Source: Camelus ferus (Eukaryota). From it: a stretch of DNA of 64,000 nt. Below, piece by piece: positions 58,367-64,000 of the stretch. The stretch's first letter is position 1. Every line of letters starts with the position of its first letter. The DNA is taken from NCBI RefSeq assembly GCF_009834535.1, contig NC_045732.1:93124001-93188000 (forward strand), given 5' to 3'. Position numbers and translations under genes: made by a program. The notes beneath the pieces are model-generated. The model searched no databases, had not been told where the DNA came from, and saw nothing but the letters and a program-made list of their open reading frames with translations.

Positions 58367-61249
58367 AAAATAAGGTGGTGATGGAGTGTTCTGGCTATTC
58401 CCAGGGTGAACATGCTAGAGACAGAGCGCCATCTGGCATTTTTCTAGTGGTCTGAAGGCTTCTGGGGAGCACGATCATCACTGGTTTGAAAAAGACAGAG
58501 AGAAGCAGGCTGCAGCCCCATTGGCAAACGTCTCCTCCTGCTATAAAACAGTTTGTAACCTACGGCAACATTGTATGCTTGATTAAGCTTGCAATGAAAA
58601 GGATTTATTTTAAGCCATTTTAATAATTTCTCTTTTATCAGAAGCTAACCAAGCAGTTTTATAGTAGCCCTCATTAGCATGAAAGACCTGTTCCCTCATC
58701 TAGGTGTCTTGCCTATTGGTAAATTTCACAATGAACTGATTTATGTGTAAAACGCACAAGTGTTTTGACGTGAAGAAAATCAGAATAGCGCTCCAGAAAA
58801 ATGCCTCTAGCTTTTTAATTGTCCAGCTCATTCTGAGTTAAAATAAACTTTATTTTGGTGGAAAGGGGGTCTTCGTACCAGGCTTGGTTGAAATGTGTTG
58901 TGGGTCCCCCCTCCCCCCGAGTTCCCATTCTAGTCCCTCCCCTTATCCCAGATCCTCTGTCCAAACAAGCCACCACCTCTGGGGAGAAGACTGCTACTAC
59001 TCTCTGAGCTGCCGCAGCTGCTACTATTGTCACTGCTCCTGGTCTCAAAGTCATTTTTAACTTGACTGAGCCTGCTGTGTTCCAAGTCCCATACGGTACC
59101 ATGTGAGGCAGTTCGAAGGAAATATGCAGTACACAGTTCTTTGAAACAGCCAACTCCTCTAGTATTTTTTTAAATAGTGTTTCATTTCCATGCAGGATTC
59201 AGGCATACAGATGTTGCATACAGCAAGGCTCACCCCCATTAAGGGCCCCTCACTAGTTCACGGCTTTGATTATAAAAGTCACATTACAGATGCCTTCTGT
59301 ATCAACTAACGGGTAACATTCTCTCTAAAGTGAAAAGGCCTGACTCTGTCCATGGAAACCAGCATGGTAGCAAGTTTCTCTTCGGCTTCTTCAGGGACCT
59401 CCAGCTGTACGGTTGCTATTGAGGAGTCCAAATCCCTAAAGAAGGTGTAAAGCTGTCTTTTACAGCCTGTATAAAAACTGCTTTTCTTTGAGGCTACTTT
59501 CACAGAAACAGAATTAGTTAATTATGAACTCCTGAGAAATCAGTGCTGGTTGCTGGAGTTCTTTGCATTAAATGCATGAGATATTTAGAGTGGGGGAAGG
59601 AAGCGAGAGTAAACAGAACTAAAGACAAACATGGCAAGAGTGTAAATATGGACTTTCTCTCCGCCTTTGTGGAGCTTGTGGCCGCTCTGACACAAGCCAA
59701 ACATGCTTAAGACACGCACGTCTACAAGAGTGGGCCTCTTGTCTGGATCTAGGACATAGATCACAGGTTTCTAAGGCACATCTATGGTGTAGGGCTGCTG
59801 ATAATACCTGACCCCTAGGGTGCCCAAGTTCTTTATAAAGGGCCTCCTTTTCAGTTTTCAGGAAGCATCTTTTCTTCCTTTGGAAGAAGGGAAAGGGCAA
59901 GGGCCCCTGGTTCCATTTCCTGGATAAGGAAGCAAAGCTTTGCAGTAGGTTAGCAAGCCAGAGCTGGAAAGACCCACGTTCTCTTCTTCATCCCATCAAC
60001 TCTCAGGAAAGTTTTATACTTGATTTTGGGGGTATTTTGGGGGTGCAGGTGGAGAGAGGGTTGCAGCAGTCATCAGGGGGAGGTGGCAGGAAGGAGACCT
60101 GGCAAGCAGAACCCAGGAGCTCTCACTGGGAAAGAATGGATGCCTTCAAACAGGTGAATTCTCTGGGATTCTGGGCCCACAGGGCTGAGTTTCCTGAAGG
60201 AGCTGGAGCCCACTGCTCTCCCCTTCCTCACCTTCCACATCCCTTGGCCACCAGGCAGAAGCCTCAGGGCACTCCGAGGAGGCCTCATCCTATTCTGCTG
60301 CTGTTTGGGGGACACCAGAACCACCCTCTGGGCCAAGGGCATAGTGATTCCAGCCCAATATCCTAATGGGGTCTGAAGGGACAGGCTGGGGAAGGATGTG
60401 GCTGTTCTCCAAGATCAAGAACATTCCTACCACAACCCGTTTCCCTTAGCAATCCACAGTAGATCTGTCAGCCATAACTTTCTCCCTCTTTTCAAGACTA
60501 TTTGTATTTTCATCCTGTTGCACCTCTTGGGGCTAATGAATTCCTTAGGCTCTCAGTATGCAATGTAGAGTAACATTTCTTTTCAGCTGCCATAGCAGGA
60601 GAAGCACTGACCTGGGAGTCCAACAGATCTAGGTTCAAATCCCACCTCTATCACTTACTGGCTGAGTGAGTACAGGAAATTTTCATCCTTTCTCTGAGAC
60701 TCAGTTTCTTCATCTATAAAATGGGATTATCGATACCTCTTCTTCCTGCCTTGCATGGCTGCTGTGATGAGAAAATGAGATCCTTGACATAAAAGAGCCT
60801 GGAGCAAAAGCACAAACAGGGGTGCTGATGCAGAGTCATATTTGCTTTAACTGAATCTCCTTCTAGCTCTTAGGGGGCTGTTGGTTCTAGAATTCTCAGA
60901 TCTGGTGAATAAGGCTGTGTTCCCTTGCTCCATCTCTGCATAATTTTATACACTCTAGTCACATCCCTTCCCAGACTTCATCCTTCTAGACTAGAGTCTG
61001 CATTTGTTTAATCTATCTTCATATGGCAGCCCCCTCCCCCTCCNNNNNNNNNNNNNNNNNNNNNNNNNNNNNNNNNNNNNNNNNNNNNNNNNNNNNNNNN
61101 NNNNNNNNNNNNNNNNNNNNNNNNNNNNNNNNNNNNNNNNNNNNNNNNNNNNNNNNNNNNNNNNNNNNNNNNCTCTTACTCTGCCCTCTCCCCAATTATA
61201 AATCCTAGAACAAGATGCTTGCCCAAGACCCTCTTCAAACTACAGAGAA

Positions 61250-62480
61250 GGCCGGTTGGCCCCAGGCTGTAGCCTCCCCCTCTTTCTCTGCGCAGCCCTG
61301 GCCTCAAGGGGCTAAAACAGCTCCCTGTCTGGCTTTGGAGGCTGGGAGGTGGATAACTAGGATGGGGGGGGGGCCGAGGGGGAGGGAGGAGGGGGGTCTT
61401 GCGCAAGCGCACGTCGCTGCTCGGACCGCCAATGCTGCTGCCTCCTGGAGCAGAGGGAGGCAGGAGAGGAGCGAGGGAGAAGAGGGGAGGGGAGGGGGAG
61501 GCGGCACTTGAGCTGCAGCTCGCAACCAGAGGCAGTCTCTCTCAGCTCTCGGGAGGTACCGGGAGCGGCAGCCGCCGCGGAGTAGGATGCTCTGCGGGGC
61601 GCCCTGAGCCGGGGGCGCGTGAAGCAGCTTCGGGGACCGGGGCCACAGGGCAGCTTTCACCATGCATCAGTCCCTGACTCAGCAGCGGTCCAGCGACATG
61701 TCCCTGCCGGATTCCATGGGTAAGTCTAGCCGCCCTTCCTAGGGGCGGCGGCGGGCAAGGGGTGAGTGCGCTGCCCTCCGGACTAGGAGCGCCTCGGCCG
61801 CTCCGACAGCCAGGGAGCGGGAAGCTGGGCGAGGGAGGGGGTCCGCGCGCCCCAGCTTCGGAGTCTCGGACCAGAGCCCCAGGGGAGCGGCCCGGCGGGG
61901 GCGGGGACGATGCGCGGAGATCTGAGCGCCCAGATTGCGTCGGAGTATCCCTGCCCCGGAGTGCGGGTGTGTGCGTGTTTGTGTGCGTGTGCCGACAGAC
62001 TTGCAGCTGGTGGTAAATCCCAGCTGTCTGGGGATCAAAACACTTCCCTGCAACCTGCGCCTTCGCTTTCCATTCGACGCTCCCTCTTTGCAAAGTCCCC
62101 GTCACTTCTAAGAGCTCGCGACTAACGATAATTAGAAGAAGCAGGGTCCTCGCCCCCTCCCAACTTTGTCGACGCTGCCCTGAAATTCAGAGCTGCAGTA
62201 GGGGGAGGCCTGACTTGCACCTCGCTGATGGGGGGGTTTGCGCAACCCTGGGGGATGGGCGAGGGGGAGAGAAGAAAGGAGAGGGGCTGGCAGGAGGGGA
62301 ATTCCTGAGGAATCACTCAAGAAAGCGCAGCCTGGTCGTCTGCAGCGGCAGGATCAACATTCCTTGAATTTGATTCCTATTTTGCTCCAAATGCACGGAA
62401 TGTGCGTTAGTGTGAAAAGGGGGGGGGGGACGAGTGAAAGCGCGAGAAAGAAAGAGCCAGCGCTCGAGCCCGCGCATCTT
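61250..62480 (+). promoter_or_regulatory. TMEM255A: CpG island / promoter of TMEM255A
   Basis: High GC and CpG density around exon 1, G-runs at about 61364-61396 and 61482-61501, CCAAT at 61429-61433, and an NRF1-like TGCGCAAGCGCA at 61400-61411. Boundaries are approximate. Confidence 0.85.
61662..61719 (+). CDS. TMEM255A: TMEM255A (FAM70A) coding exon 1, MHQSLTQQRSSDMSLPDSM(G)
   Basis: accATG CAT CAG TCC CTG ACT CAG CAG CGG TCC AGC GAC ATG TCC CTG CCG GAT TCC ATG G|gtaagt. It is 58 nt, phase 1. The peptide matches the TMEM255A N-terminus as I recall it, and the gene is the known neighbour of ATP1B4. Exon 2 is not in the window. Confidence 0.93.
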
Positions 62481-63199
62481 CTGAAGTCGCGCTTTCCCAC
62501 TCTGGGTGAAAGGGAGGGGGAGGGGGGAACCCACTAGCTTGATTTGGTTCAATATCTTTCCTTATGGAAACTGGGGGACAGCTACCTCCAGGCACCAACT
62601 TGGCTGCCCCTCGAAGCTGCTTTTTGGTAGTTACAAACAAACAACCCTACCCACCCCCACCCCCCGCCAGTCCCCCTCAGCTTTTAGGCACCTTCCCAAG
62701 CCCTATGATTTCACTGGGCGGAGAAATTAATTTGGAGCCCAGGAGAGTGGGAGGGGATTGTCAAACCATGATCCCACCTAATCTTAAAATTCGCCTCGGA
62801 TGTACTTGAACCAAATCGAATTCTCTCTTTACAACATACTTTACATTCTGCAAAATCCCTCCGTCCCGAATTCTTGCCATCCAGTCTGCTCAGGTCTTCT
62901 CCGAAGAATTTGCGGGAACATCGAGGGGAGGGGGCAAGGCAGAGGGCTGAACCCCCTATGTGAGCGCCCTACTGCTTGCAAAAGACTCAGTTTCAGCAGA
63001 ATTCGTTCACCGCAGGGGCCCCAGAAAGTGTTATCTCCTGGATGGTGGAAAGATCCATATTTTCAATGGTTTTGCATATTCAATATAAGAATTTGCTCTT
63101 TTTTTTTATTTTTAAGGGCGTAGTTATTTGCAACGTGGTACAAATGAGGCCAAGGACTCGGGTCCGAATCCAGAACTCAGCAGTACCACACTCCCCCCC

Positions 63200-63800
63200 A
63201 GCTCTCTCCCCAACACACGCACACACACACACACGCACACGCGCGCACGCACACAGAATGCACTCCTCACCTTGGCCAGCTGTGGCGCCAACGCAGCCCT
63301 GGCTCCCCGACGCCAGGCTGGTGCGCGAGGGAGGGCTGGGTGGAAGAGTGCGAGGCTTCGGCCGCGCGCATCCCCTCAGCGGGCCACAACCACCAGCAAA
63401 CGCGGCCCCCAGCGCCCGCCCGTCTGCCGGTTTGGGAGTGGGCAGGTTAGGGGCCCCGGGCTTAAAGCGTTGCTCCTTGGCACGCTGCTCTGTGTGTTGG
63501 GGAACAAGATGAAGAGAGTTCTTTCTCCGGCTCCCAGGGGCCCTCAGCCAATCACGCGTTTTCCGAAAGATCTACGCAACAAGAAGATGAGTGGGCTTCG
63601 CCCAGCCCAGAGTCGACACTGCGGGAAAAGAGTCACAGATCCCATATGGACGCTCGAGCCCGCTCCGCGCAGCCGGCTTCGTAAAGCCCGCAGACCGAGG
63701 GCACTAGCAAATTCCCGAGTCGAGTGGTAGTCCTGGGTTTCCAGAGTTTGGACAGGGGAGTATCCTCGGAGTTCCCTGGCGCTGGTCCCGCACAGCCCAG
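63200..63800. promoter_or_regulatory. Second CpG-rich block in TMEM255A intron 1
   Basis: CpG-dense segment separated from the promoter island by an AT-rich stretch at about 63040-63150. It contains AGCCAATCA with the CCAAT core at 63548-63552. Confidence 0.6.
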
Positions 63801-64000
63801 GCCTGAATCAGCGTCTAGGCTGTTTAGGAGCTACTCCCACTTAACTCAGTCCTGGCAACGCCACCTTCCCTTGCATGGGGGGAGGGGAAGTGGAGGTGGG
63901 TGGGTTAGTGTTTCAGCCTCCAAGGGCAGCATTTCTGAGGGGATTCCCTCTACAGGCAGGACACAATCGCAGCCAAAACAATAAAATATAAAATACACAG

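Noticed and set aside
58425-58438. CTCF-like core (minus strand TGCCAGATGGCGCT)
   Set aside because: The 3' half matches, but the highly conserved upstream CC positions are absent.
58815-59900. Minus-strand ORFs upstream of TMEM255A (112, 65, 60 and 93 aa)
   Set aside because: No recognisable homology and no consistent exon structure. A tBLASTx or PhyloCSF run would be needed to revive them.
61215-63984. Many overlapping 70-200 aa ORFs near TMEM255A
   Set aside because: GC-rich CpG-island sequence is poor in stop codons. The products are Pro/Arg/Gly-rich with no recognisable domain.
1-64000. CRISPR arrays, operons or other prokaryote-type systems; rRNA or intact snRNA/tRNA genes
   Set aside because: The sequence is intron-containing mammalian DNA. 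No regular repeat-spacer array or intact structural RNA gene was seen.

Overview
Mammalian genomic DNA, very likely a camelid X chromosome. The species call rests on two camelid-type (Vic-1-like) tRNA-derived SINEs; the X call rests on ATP1B4/TMEM255A synteny recalled from human Xq24. The left 14.3 kb carries the 5' part of ATP1B4 (BetaM) on the minus strand: coding exons 1, 2, 3, 5 and 6 are readable with intact GT/AG sites and phases. Exon 4 is not visible and most likely sits in the N-run at 5619-5782; exons 7-8 lie outside the window. The right end carries the CpG-island promoter and coding exon 1 of TMEM255A on the plus strand. The two genes are divergent and about 47 kb apart. The intergenic space is dominated by transposable elements, especially 26-50 kb: old and young L1s, MaLR/ERV-L LTRs, an ERV-L reverse-transcriptase remnant, a two-LTR class III provirus with a tRNA-Ser PBS, MIR, L2, MER5A, MER53 and a 3'-truncated U6 copy. 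I see no convincing novel protein-coding gene or new biological system, and nearly all six-frame ORFs are noise or repeat-derived. The leads most worth checking are a MEF2/E-box module in ATP1B4 intron 1, an orphan CpG-rich element near 51.5-52.1 kb, paired C/EBP palindromes around TMEM255A exon 1, and several mechanistically informative retrotransposition structures. Repeat family names come from recognition by eye, and many repeat boundaries are approximate.
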